Positions 25,383 through 32,000 of a DNA stretch of 32,000 nt are shown one piece after another. Positions within the stretch are counted from its first letter, which is position 1; every line of letters begins with the position of its first letter. Made by a program: the position numbers and the translations under genes. The stretch is from Geobacter metallireducens GS-15 (lineage in GTDB: Bacteria; Desulfobacterota; Desulfuromonadia; Geobacterales; Geobacteraceae): positions 1,140,001 through 1,172,000 of the forward strand of contig NC_007517.1 in the NCBI RefSeq assembly GCF_000012925.1. Reading direction: 5' to 3'. The notes beneath the pieces are model-generated. The model ran no database searches. It had not been told where the DNA came from and worked only from the letters and a program-made list of their open reading frames with translations.

Positions 25383-25639
25383 GTGTTCTGCACAGAATAA
25401 ATTCGTCCGTCCCCCACAAATTCCACTGCACCAATGGCATAGAGTACATCCACTGCCAAGACGAGGTGGGTGAAAGAAGGCCGGGATTGCCAACCGGAAG
25501 AATCGCGGTCGACTTGAGTCCATAGCTCGTCGAGAGTATGCGGCTCCACCAAGAGGTGTCGCAGATATCCCGACAAGCCAACAATCGAGTCACTGAAGCG
25601 GACGTGTTTATGCGGGATTAAAGCTGTTCGGATGCTCAT
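25379..25639 (-). CDS. Small middle-component protein of the ABC-3C-like operon (~86 aa)
   Basis: ATG at 25639 (TTG at 25657 is the alternative). It overlaps the upstream gene by 32 nt and the ATPase gene by ATGA. The LxELW...LAVDVLYAIG pattern suggests a small helical or wHTH-like domain. Confidence 0.6.
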   Translation of the reverse strand: MSIRTALIPHKHVRFSDSIVGLSGYLRHLLVEPHTLDELWTQVDRDSSGWQSRPSFTHLVLAVDVLYAIGAVEFVGDGRIYSVQNT

Positions 25640-26558
25640 ATGCGTCACACGTTTCAAAATACTTGGCGATAATAACCTGGGCAGCCTGTCGATATGCCTT
25701 CATGGAATGCGGATGACGTGGTAGTGAGGTAGGAATAAGCCTGTCTATTAGCCAGACATACCGCTCATTAGGCGCATCTGCGGAATTTGGGATGACCTTT
25801 TTACTGTCATGGTACAGGGCTTTGATCTCGAAGGCGATTTTTTGGGCTAAGCCGATGTCCCTAGCATTCAGGAATCGGTCAACATCAGCAACTTGATAAA
25901 AGTAGTAACTTAGCGACTCTGAAACAGGCGATTTTATCCCATTGAGTTTAATCTTCGCATCAAAATCAGGGCTTACTCCATCCAGTAGTGAAGGATGAGT
26001 ATTGTCACCATCGGCAAGACCGGTAAGCAACTCGCTTACTGCATGCGGATCGATAAAGTCCGGGAGTTCTGACGGTATTCCATATACAATCGCCACTTTT
26101 TGCGAATCCTTTAAGCTTATGAACCGAGCTGTTAGGTCAGCCGACGAAAACGGGGTGGCTTCAAGTAGCTTTTCCTGTTTGGCCAAATCCAGCAGCATAC
26201 TTCCGATGGGTGCCGGCATCCCGCAATAGCGATCATTGCAAACAAAATGGTAGCGCTCAACGCCTGGCCATTTTTTCCTCAGCTTCGCAAAATCGCCGAC
26301 AGCCTTTGTCGCCGCCTGTACAACGTTCACTTCTGTTGTCGCCTCCGGCCCATAAACCTGAAAGTACCGGTTTTCTGGTGGGCACCAACCGTCATTACCG
26401 CCATCTCCCCAGTTTCCCCACGGAGCAACGGCCTGAAATCCTGGAAGAGCTTGCTGCATTACCTCGCTGAAGAGCCTCTGAAACGCATTTCCAGAGGCCT
26501 CATATAGTCGCAGTTTGAAAAGCGTTCTATACCAGAAATCTTCATGAAGAGAGGTCAT
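25608..26558 (-). CDS. Putative effector: Mrr-like restriction-endonuclease-fold N-domain + helical C-terminal (ABC-3C CTD-like) domain
   Basis: GAGGA RBS. FQRLFSEVMQQALPGFQAVAPWGNWGDGGNDGW...YFQVYG matches the Mrr-type hhGxxGDxGxDG...Q-x-K layout, but with Y at the Lys position. Confidence 0.7.
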   Translation of the reverse strand: MTSLHEDFWYRTLFKLRLYEASGNAFQRLFSEVMQQALPGFQAVAPWGNWGDGGNDGWCPPENRYFQVYGPEATTEVNVVQAATKAVGDFAKLRKKWPGVERYHFVCNDRYCGMPAPIGSMLLDLAKQEKLLEATPFSSADLTARFISLKDSQKVAIVYGIPSELPDFIDPHAVSELLTGLADGDNTHPSLLDGVSPDFDAKIKLNGIKSPVSESLSYYFYQVADVDRFLNARDIGLAQKIAFEIKALYHDSKKVIPNSADAPNERYVWLIDRLIPTSLPRHPHSMKAYRQAAQVIIAKYFETCDAYEHPNSFNPA

Positions 26559-26593
26559 GGAATCCTCGTCGACAGGGTCGCAACTTGAACTGG

Positions 26594-26602
26594 TTTATAA
26601 CA
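26594..26602 (-). promoter_or_regulatory. Extended -10 promoter candidate for the three-gene operon
   Basis: Minus strand TGTTATAAA (TGnTATAAA) ~30 nt upstream of the ATG at 26558. There is no good -35. Confidence 0.35.
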
Positions 26603-26723
26603 TGGCAACGTAGATAGTTAAAACAAGATAATATGGTCTCGGCTGGCTCAGCAGTTCGTCCCGGTATTCTGTCAGAAGAAATAGAGTAAACTCCCTATAT
26701 TCCCTAATTTCCCACGCAGTCCA

Positions 26724-27239
26724 CTATTCATCCTCCCCCCGCGGTCGCCGCAACTGAATAACCTTCGCAGGCCCATCTTTCAGAAATCGGGCATATCTCT
26801 CCGCCCAGTCATAGTAGTGGGCCACTCCCGCCTCCTCGGCTTCGGCGAGTTCACCAGACCAGTCCGAGCAGAGATCGGCAAGCATGAGGTCGGAGACTTC
26901 CCCTATCCAGGGCTGGTACACGACTTCCCCTTCTCCGGAATCGGTATCCGCCTTCAACAATAGGTATTTTTTCTCTCCGGCAATCTCGGTGAAGATCTCT
27001 TTGTCGTCGCCGGCTGATTCCGTTACGCAGACAGCGTCGACGCCGTATTCCTCAGCAGCGAAATTCCCGCGCCACTCATCAGCGGGGATGGTTTCCGCCC
27101 CGGCAAGGGCTGCAGAGACCGCCTCATTTTCCTCTCCCGCTTCCACCTCAATGTCCACGTACTCGAAGACCGGCCGAACCAGCCTGACCATGAATCTCTT
27201 TTTCTCCATCGGCGTTTTCTCCCTATCCGCATCAAGCAC
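26724..27239 (-). CDS. Highly acidic hypothetical protein (161-171 aa)
   Basis: Alternative ATG at 27209 has a GGGAGAA RBS. My hand count is ~38 D/E versus ~17 K/R. I recognise no motif. Confidence 0.6.
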   Translation of the reverse strand: MLDADREKTPMEKKRFMVRLVRPVFEYVDIEVEAGEENEAVSAALAGAETIPADEWRGNFAAEEYGVDAVCVTESAGDDKEIFTEIAGEKKYLLLKADTDSGEGEVVYQPWIGEVSDLMLADLCSDWSGELAEAEEAGVAHYYDWAERYARFLKDGPAKVIQLRRPRGEDE

Positions 27240-27260
27240 CCGCCATGCTTGCAGCGTTTC

Positions 27261-27623
27261 CTACACCGCGATCTTCAACTGAATCTCGTCGTAATCGACC
27301 CGCGGTGCGAGCGCCCGGTTTCCCGTCGTTTCGACGAGCCCCACCTGAACGAGGAATTTTACGTCCTCGGCCACGTTCTTGATGTTGCGATGTGCGAGCT
27401 TTGCCAGATGGTTAATGGAGACCGGTTTTTCGGTCTTGATTATATGGATAAGCTCCAGGCGCTTGGGGGTGAGTGCCTTGCGGAAGGCCTCCATTGACGT
27501 GAAATAGATGGACGTCTCTTCGGCAACGACCTCGCCGCGGGCCACTGTGTCGCCGGCGGCAATAAAATCATCGAGTGCGCCGCGTGCGCTTTGGATTCCC
27601 ACCGAAATCTCTTTTATCTTCAT
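27261..27623 (-). CDS. HTH (MarR/ArsR-like wHTH) DNA-binding protein, putative antitoxin partner of DUF6516
   Basis: ARGE...SFTSMEAFRKALTPKRLELIHIIKTEKPVSINHLAKLAHRNIKNVAEDVKFLVQVGLVE. ATGA overlap with the upstream gene. Confidence 0.8.
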   Translation of the reverse strand: MKIKEISVGIQSARGALDDFIAAGDTVARGEVVAEETSIYFTSMEAFRKALTPKRLELIHIIKTEKPVSINHLAKLAHRNIKNVAEDVKFLVQVGLVETTGNRALAPRVDYDEIQLKIAV

Positions 27624-27907
27624 TTTGTTTGCTCCTTGAACCGCTCAATATCCGCGAGAAAGTCATCCGCCAGTTTTTGGAGGCTGGTAAAGGCATATGA
27701 CTCCTGAAAATCTCCATAATGCCGGTGATCCCCTTGCCGTTCTCCATTGTCATATCCAATGGCTCGTTCGCCGTTGACGATGTAGACGAGGGAGTACCTG
27801 AAACCATGTGGCTTGTCGGAAGCAGGGGCAACTTGCCATAGCTTCATTTCAAGGGTATTTCCCAACTCGTCGGTTACTTTGGTATGGCGAATGAGCCGTG
27901 CCTTCAT
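27620..27907 (-). CDS. DUF6516-like protein (annotated in some databases as TumE-family toxin)
   Basis: KARLIRHTKVTDELGNTLEMKLWQV...PHGFRYSLVYIVNGERAIGYDNGERQGDHRHY. ATG at 27907 has no SD; TTG at 27925 is the alternative. Confidence 0.72.
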   Translation of the reverse strand: MKARLIRHTKVTDELGNTLEMKLWQVAPASDKPHGFRYSLVYIVNGERAIGYDNGERQGDHRHYGDFQESYAFTSLQKLADDFLADIERFKEQTK

Positions 27908-27942
27908 ATTGGTTTTGTATACCAATAATAGTTGGCTGTCAA
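27907..27942 (-). promoter_or_regulatory. Promoter plus inverted-repeat operator of the TA-like pair; possibly a leaderless mRNA
   Basis: Minus strand TTGACA - 17 nt - TACAAA (or 15 nt - TATACA), ending 6 nt before the ATG. The IR TATTGGT-N7-ACCAATA (27907-27927) spans the -10 and the start. Confidence 0.4.
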
Positions 27943-28090
27943 CGGGGGCATTTCTGTTTCACTGGCCAGTGACAAGCCTGCACAAAAATTCTTTGCAGGC
28001 CCATCAGGCAACCCCTCTGCCGCGTCTCTGGCGGGATAGAGTTACCGATCTTTTCGATGATCCGCGTGCCACTTTGGAACATAATGCGTT

Positions 28091-28131
28091 AAAATGGAGT
28101 AGTGGCCATGGTTCCAAAATGGAGCAGTGGC
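28091..28131 (+). repeat. Two 16-nt direct repeats, 25-nt period
   Basis: AAAATGGAGTAGTGGC and AAAATGGAGCAGTGGC, with one mismatch. Confidence 0.85.
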
Positions 28132-28196
28132 GTGGCCCATTGTGGCGCAAAACGCCGTAAACGCTCGTTCGACGCCTTGTGCACGGGAATTGCACA

Positions 28197-28216
28197 TGTA
28201 TACGGCTGTATACGGC
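28197..28216 (+). repeat. Perfect tandem 10-nt duplication in the adh2 leader
   Basis: TGTATACGGC TGTATACGGC. Each copy contains the palindrome GTATAC. Confidence 0.9.
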
Positions 28217-28239
28217 ATCATTCCCTTGAAGGAGACACT

Positions 28240-29388
28240 GTGAACATCAGCAAGTTTGTGGCGCCGGAGATCATCTTCGGCCAGGGCTCCCTGAGCCAGA
28301 TCGGCGAGAGCGCCGCCCGCATCGGCGCCTCCAAGGTGTTCTTGGTCAGCGACGAGGATGTCATCAGCGCCGGCTGGGTAGACAAGGCGCTCCACTACCT
28401 CCATGCCGTCGGCCTGGAAACGGAAATCTACTCGTCCCTCACCTCCAATCCGAAGGATTTCGAGGTGTTGGAGGGTGCCCGTCACTACGTGGCCTCGGGG
28501 TGTGACGCCATCGTCGCCGTGGGTGGGGGGAGCCCCACCGACGTGGCCAAGGCGGTGGCCATCCTTGCCAGCAACGGGGGGGAGCTGCGCGACTACGAGG
28601 GGATCAACAGGATTTCCCGGCCGCTCCCGCCGATGGTGATCGCCCCCTCTACCGCCGGAGCCGGTTCCGAGGTGAGCCCGTTCGCCATCATAGTCGACAC
28701 CGAGCGGAAGCTGAAGATGTCCATCATCTCCAAATCCCTGGTGCCGGATATCGCCATCGTCGACCCGGAGCTTCTCAGGACCAAGGATGCGAAGCTGGCG
28801 GCCGCCACCGGCATGGATGCCCTCACCCACGGCATCGAGTCCTACGTCTCCCTGGCGGCTACCCCCCTGACCGACATCCACGCCTGCAAGGCGATCCAGC
28901 TCATCGCGGCCAACCTGCGCCGGGCGGTGGCCGACCGGGGTGACATGGAGGCCAACACCAACATGGCCATGGCAAGCCTCACGGCGGGCATCGCCTTCTC
29001 CAACGCCATCCTTGGCGCCACCCATGCCATGACCCATCAGGTGGACGGCCTCCTGGACCAGCACCACGGCGAGGCCAACGCCTCGATCCTCCCCCACGTC
29101 ATGGAGTTCAACCTCTCGGCCTGCCCGGAGCGGTTCAAGCATATCGCCTGGTCCCTGGGGAAGGACGTGCGCAACACCGGCCAAGAGGAGGGGGCCCGGC
29201 TGGCCATCGAGGGGATCCGGGAACTGATTGCCGACATCGGTCTCGCCAAGGGGCTTGGCGCCATGGGGCTGCGGGAGGAGTTCATACCTCTCCTCAGCCG
29301 CAACGCCTTGAACGATGCCTGTCTGGTGACCAATCCGCGCAATGCGACTGTCGACGACATTGAAGCCATCTTCCGCAAGGCGATGTAG
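28240..29388 (+). CDS. Iron-containing (group III) alcohol dehydrogenase, paralog 2
   Basis: GTG start 6 nt after GAAGGAG. GGGSPTDVAKA, STAGAGSE and TGMDALTHGIE, HAMTHQV, HHGEANA blocks. Confidence 0.9.
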   Translation: MNISKFVAPEIIFGQGSLSQIGESAARIGASKVFLVSDEDVISAGWVDKALHYLHAVGLETEIYSSLTSNPKDFEVLEGARHYVASGCDAIVAVGGGSPTDVAKAVAILASNGGELRDYEGINRISRPLPPMVIAPSTAGAGSEVSPFAIIVDTERKLKMSIISKSLVPDIAIVDPELLRTKDAKLAAATGMDALTHGIESYVSLAATPLTDIHACKAIQLIAANLRRAVADRGDMEANTNMAMASLTAGIAFSNAILGATHAMTHQVDGLLDQHHGEANASILPHVMEFNLSACPERFKHIAWSLGKDVRNTGQEEGARLAIEGIRELIADIGLAKGLGAMGLREEFIPLLSRNALNDACLVTNPRNATVDDIEAIFRKAM

Positions 29389-29528
29389 GCCGCGTCCGCC
29401 TTCGGGGCATCTTCGACCCGGCCTCAATCCCATAATCCTCGACGTAGTGCTGCTACGCCTGCGGTTATGCTCAATCGGCCAGGCCAAATCCGCCCCAAAT
29501 TCGAACGCGGCATGACAGGGGAAGAATA

Positions 29529-31187
29529 ATGGAAAACCGGGAAAAACTCCTTGAGCAGCTGACCGGGGTCGACTCCTCCAAGCTCAACTACTATATCGAG
29601 CTGAAAAAGCGCAACCAGGAGATCCTCAAGCAGAACAGCCGCCTGGAGATCCTCCAGCAGTTGACGCGCGACATCAATATCGACATGTCCATGGAGGATA
29701 TCCTCGAACGGGCGTTCACCAAGTTTCCCCAGACCCTTCCCTGCGATTTTCTCGGTCTCGTGAGGGTCCGTGACGGCGAGTTGCGGCTCATGGCCCTGAT
29801 GCCGCGGGATTTCTGCAGAATCGACAATTTCCCTGCCCACTCACCGACGCTCAACGTCATCAGTAACAGGAAGGCCGGGATTTACAACCTGACTCCGGAA
29901 GAACTCAGCCATGTCCAGATAAACCCCCATTACCCGGGGCCGCTCCGGTCCCTGGCGATTGCGCCGATGTTCCAGCGCGACGAGGTGATCGGCGCCCTCA
30001 TTGTCGCCAGCATTATCGACGGCGCCTACAACGAGGCGGATCTCAGCTTTGTCCAGCATCTGGCCGACCAGCTCTCCATCAGCATCCAGAACGCCCGGCT
30101 CTACAAGCAGGTCTCGCGGGCCAAGAAGGAGTGGGAGGAGACCTTCCTGGCGGTTACCGACCCGATTTTCCTGGTTGACACCGACTACAACGTCCTGCTT
30201 CACAACAACCGGCTTTCTCCGGCAATGAGCGGGTTCTGGAACCAGGCGGTGAGCAACAAGTGCTTTGCCAGGCTCCACGGCCGCACCCATCCCTGCGAGA
30301 ACTGCCCCATCAAGGAGGTCCAGCGGACCGGCAAGCCGGTTTTCCAGCGCTGGCAGACCGACGCGGGGCTGCTCCTCGATATTTCCTACTACCCGGTGTT
30401 CAACGAAGAGAAGCAGCTGTCGGCCGTGACGATCATCATCAAGGATGTCACCGACAAGACCAAGATGGAGGCGCAGCTGGTCCAGACGGCAAAGCTGGCG
30501 GCCCTCGGAGAGATGGCGGCCGGGGTGGCCCACGAGCTGAACAGCCCCATGACCGTCATCATCGGCACGGCGCAGCTGCTCCTCAGGGAGCTCCAGCAGG
30601 ATGCCCAGTACGACCGGGCCGAGGTGCTGGAAGACATAGTCAATTCGGGCCTGCGCTGCAAGCGGATCATCCAGAACCTGCTGACCTTCTCCCGGCAGAA
30701 TCAGCCGCCGGTAACGGACATCGACTTGAATGTCGAGGTGGAGCGGGTTCTGAGCATGATCCAGTACCAGATCAACCGGAACCAGATCAAAATTGTCGAG
30801 CAGCTTGCCCCTTTCCTGCCGCGGCTTACCGCCAACGGCTCCCAGATCCAGCAGGTGCTGACCAACCTGCTGATCAACGCCCGGGATGCACTCGGCGAGG
30901 TCGACCGCAAGGAGAAGGTCATTACGGTGGCGACGGCGCTGCTGGTGAGGGACCGGAAGAAGTGGGCCGTCCTCAGTGTGAGAGACAACGGCACCGGCAT
31001 CGCCCCGGAGAACCTGTCGAAGATTTTTACCCCCTTTTACACGAGCAAGGAGGCGACCAAGGGGACCGGCCTCGGCCTCTCGGTCAGCCTGGGGATTGCC
31101 GAGTCCCATAATGGCACCATCGAGGTGGAGAGCCGCCTTGGGGAGGGGAGCACCTTTTCGCTGCTCCTCCCCATAGAGCATCAGTGA
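29529..31187 (+). CDS. Cytoplasmic GAF-PAS sensor histidine kinase
   Basis: No TM segment. GAF-like N-terminal half. PAS with C-X10-C-X2-C. H-box [13 protein letters not shown]-box LLINARDA, G-boxes DNGTGI and GTGLGLSV. Confidence 0.92.
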   Translation: MENREKLLEQLTGVDSSKLNYYIELKKRNQEILKQNSRLEILQQLTRDINIDMSMEDILERAFTKFPQTLPCDFLGLVRVRDGELRLMALMPRDFCRIDNFPAHSPTLNVISNRKAGIYNLTPEELSHVQINPHYPGPLRSLAIAPMFQRDEVIGALIVASIIDGAYNEADLSFVQHLADQLSISIQNARLYKQVSRAKKEWEETFLAVTDPIFLVDTDYNVLLHNNRLSPAMSGFWNQAVSNKCFARLHGRTHPCENCPIKEVQRTGKPVFQRWQTDAGLLLDISYYPVFNEEKQLSAVTIIIKDVTDKTKMEAQLVQTAKLAALGEMAAGVAHELNSPMTVIIGTAQLLLRELQQDAQYDRAEVLEDIVNSGLRCKRIIQNLLTFSRQNQPPVTDIDLNVEVERVLSMIQYQINRNQIKIVEQLAPFLPRLTANGSQIQQVLTNLLINARDALGEVDRKEKVITVATALLVRDRKKWAVLSVRDNGTGIAPENLSKIFTPFYTSKEATKGTGLGLSVSLGIAESHNGTIEVESRLGEGSTFSLLLPIEHQ

Positions 31188-31209
31188 GAAGATCACAGCC
31201 GGAGCGAAA

Positions 31210-32000
31210 ATGTCACAGATCAAGGTATTGATTATCGATGACGAGGCGGATGTCTGCACCTTTTTCCGCCGCCTGCTGACCAGAAAAGGGTATGACGTCG
31301 TCACGGCGTCAAAGGAGCCTGAGGCGATGCGGGCCATCGAAGAGCACCGCTTCACCGTGGCCATGGTGGATCTGAAGCTGCCGGATACCGACGGCCTGAC
31401 CCTCCTTCAGGCGATCAAGGCCCGGCAGCCCGCCTGCGAAGTCATCATCATGACCGGCTACAGCACCATCAAGACGGCAGTCGCGGCCATGCAGCTGGGG
31501 GCCTACGAGTACCTGGAAAAGCCCTTCGACGACATCGACGAAATCGAGGCCCTGATCGAGAAGGCCGCCAGCCACGGGTTCAACCTCCAGCAGGGGAGCG
31601 CCGCCGCCGAGGAGTGGGCCGAGGTGGCCCGGGCCGTCGGTTTCCAGGTGGGGGCATCCTTGGGCATGAGGCGGCTCGTATCCGTGGCCCACAAGATCGC
31701 CGGCAAGAATGTCACCGTGCTGATCCAGGGGAGCACCGGCACCGGGAAAGAGGTCCTGGCCCGCTTTATCCATTCCGCATCGGGACGGGCGGATCAGGCG
31801 TTCATCCCGGTCAACTGCGGCGCCCTGCCGGAGAACCTCCTGGAAAGCGAGCTCTTCGGCCACGAGAAAGGGGCCTTCACCGGCGCGGCCCAGCCCCGTC
31901 GCGGCATCTTCGAACTGGCCAACCGCGGCACCCTGTTCCTCGATGAAATCGGCGATGCCAGCCCGCAAATCCAGGTGAAACTGCTGCGGGTGCTGGAAAC
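31210..32000 (+). CDS. Sigma-54-dependent (NtrC-family) response regulator, 3' end outside window
   Basis: Not in the ORF track because no stop falls in the window. My translation from ATG 31210 gives [12 protein letters not shown]...[10 protein letters not shown] (receiver), then GSTGTGKE (Walker A), [15 protein letters not shown] (GAFTGA) and LFLDEIG (Walker B). Confidence 0.9.
   Translation, partial: MSQIKVLIIDDEADVCTFFRRLLTRKGYDVVTASKEPEAMRAIEEHRFTVAMVDLKLPDTDGLTLLQAIKARQPACEVIIMTGYSTIKTAVAAMQLGAYEYLEKPFDDIDEIEALIEKAASHGFNLQQGSAAAEEWAEVARAVGFQVGASLGMRRLVSVAHKIAGKNVTVLIQGSTGTGKEVLARFIHSASGRADQAFIPVNCGALPENLLESELFGHEKGAFTGAAQPRRGIFELANRGTLFLDEIGDASPQIQVKLLRVLE

Noticed and set aside
25383-25523. 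47-codon N-terminal extension of the ATPase ORF
   Set aside because: The ATG at 25382 forms an ATGA junction with the preceding gene and starts the conserved-looking MKLIQL... N-terminus. The extension overlaps the middle-component gene.
17934-27927. Shared TTGGT...ACCAA half-sites in the palindromes at 17934-17957 and 27907-27927
   Set aside because: Spacing differs (N8 versus N7 between the TTGGT and ACCAA cores) and the contexts are unrelated. This is most likely coincidence.
23447-27945. Short similar sequences CTGTCAATCGG (about 23447) and CTGTCAACGGG (about 27935) as possible island direct repeats
   Set aside because: Only 9 of 11 nt match, which is too short and imperfect to call att-like repeats by eye. 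The second copy is also the -35 region of the TA promoter.
28102-28239. 46-codon N-terminal extension of adh2
   Set aside because: A GTG at 28240 has a GAAGGAG RBS at ideal spacing. The product then aligns with the N-terminus of group III ADHs. The extension covers the promoter and repeat region.
28042-29487. 481-aa minus-strand ORF opposite adh2, plus 29841-31364 and 31309-31968 opposite the kinase and regulator genes
   Set aside because: Shadow ORFs antisense to genes with strong family signatures.
1-32000. CRISPR arrays, rRNA genes, IS elements or integrases
   Set aside because: I saw no regularly spaced direct repeats, no rRNA-like conserved blocks and no ORF with transposase or recombinase motifs on either strand.

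Overview
High-GC (~60%) chromosomal segment whose gene content and order look Geobacter-like (Desulfuromonadales); that assignment is inference only. Most of the window is core metabolism.

Left part (1-9 kb): the 3' end of a NarI-like gene, a start-less kinase/EBP gene remnant, two tandem DUF5666-like genes beside an OmpR/CusS-type two-component system, a sigma-54-driven decayed small gene plus an Hsp20-like gene, tRNA-Arg(CCG), a secreted MBL-fold protein, a DUF1573 protein and a zinc-ribbon/DUF3426 protein.

Middle (9-22 kb): ferredoxin, ackA and pta, then a tungsten/molybdenum-cofactor regulon, all on the minus strand. It has two units, each preceded by a Moco/Tuco-type riboswitch: (1) OprP-like porin, tupABC-like transporter, moeA, moaC, mog; (2) aldehyde:ferredoxin oxidoreductase, MoaD-like carrier, ThiF/MoeB-like E1.

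Right part (21-32 kb): two divergent Fe-alcohol dehydrogenase paralogs, followed by a GAF-PAS histidine kinase and a sigma-54-dependent response regulator.

The notable part is a ~5.7 kb accessory insertion between the two adh genes (about 22.5-28.2 kb). Its core is visibly AT-richer than the flanks. It carries an RHH gene, a Zn-ribbon gene, a DUF6516/HTH toxin-antitoxin-like pair, a very acidic orphan protein and a three-gene operon. That operon encodes a restriction-endonuclease-like effector, an ~86-aa middle component and a coiled-coil ABC/SMC-type ATPase. This architecture matches the computationally predicted ABC-three-component (ABC-3C) conflict systems, for which I know of no experimental mechanism. 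It is the best candidate for a novel system in this window.

Many long ORFs in the supplied track are antisense shadow ORFs of real genes and were rejected.
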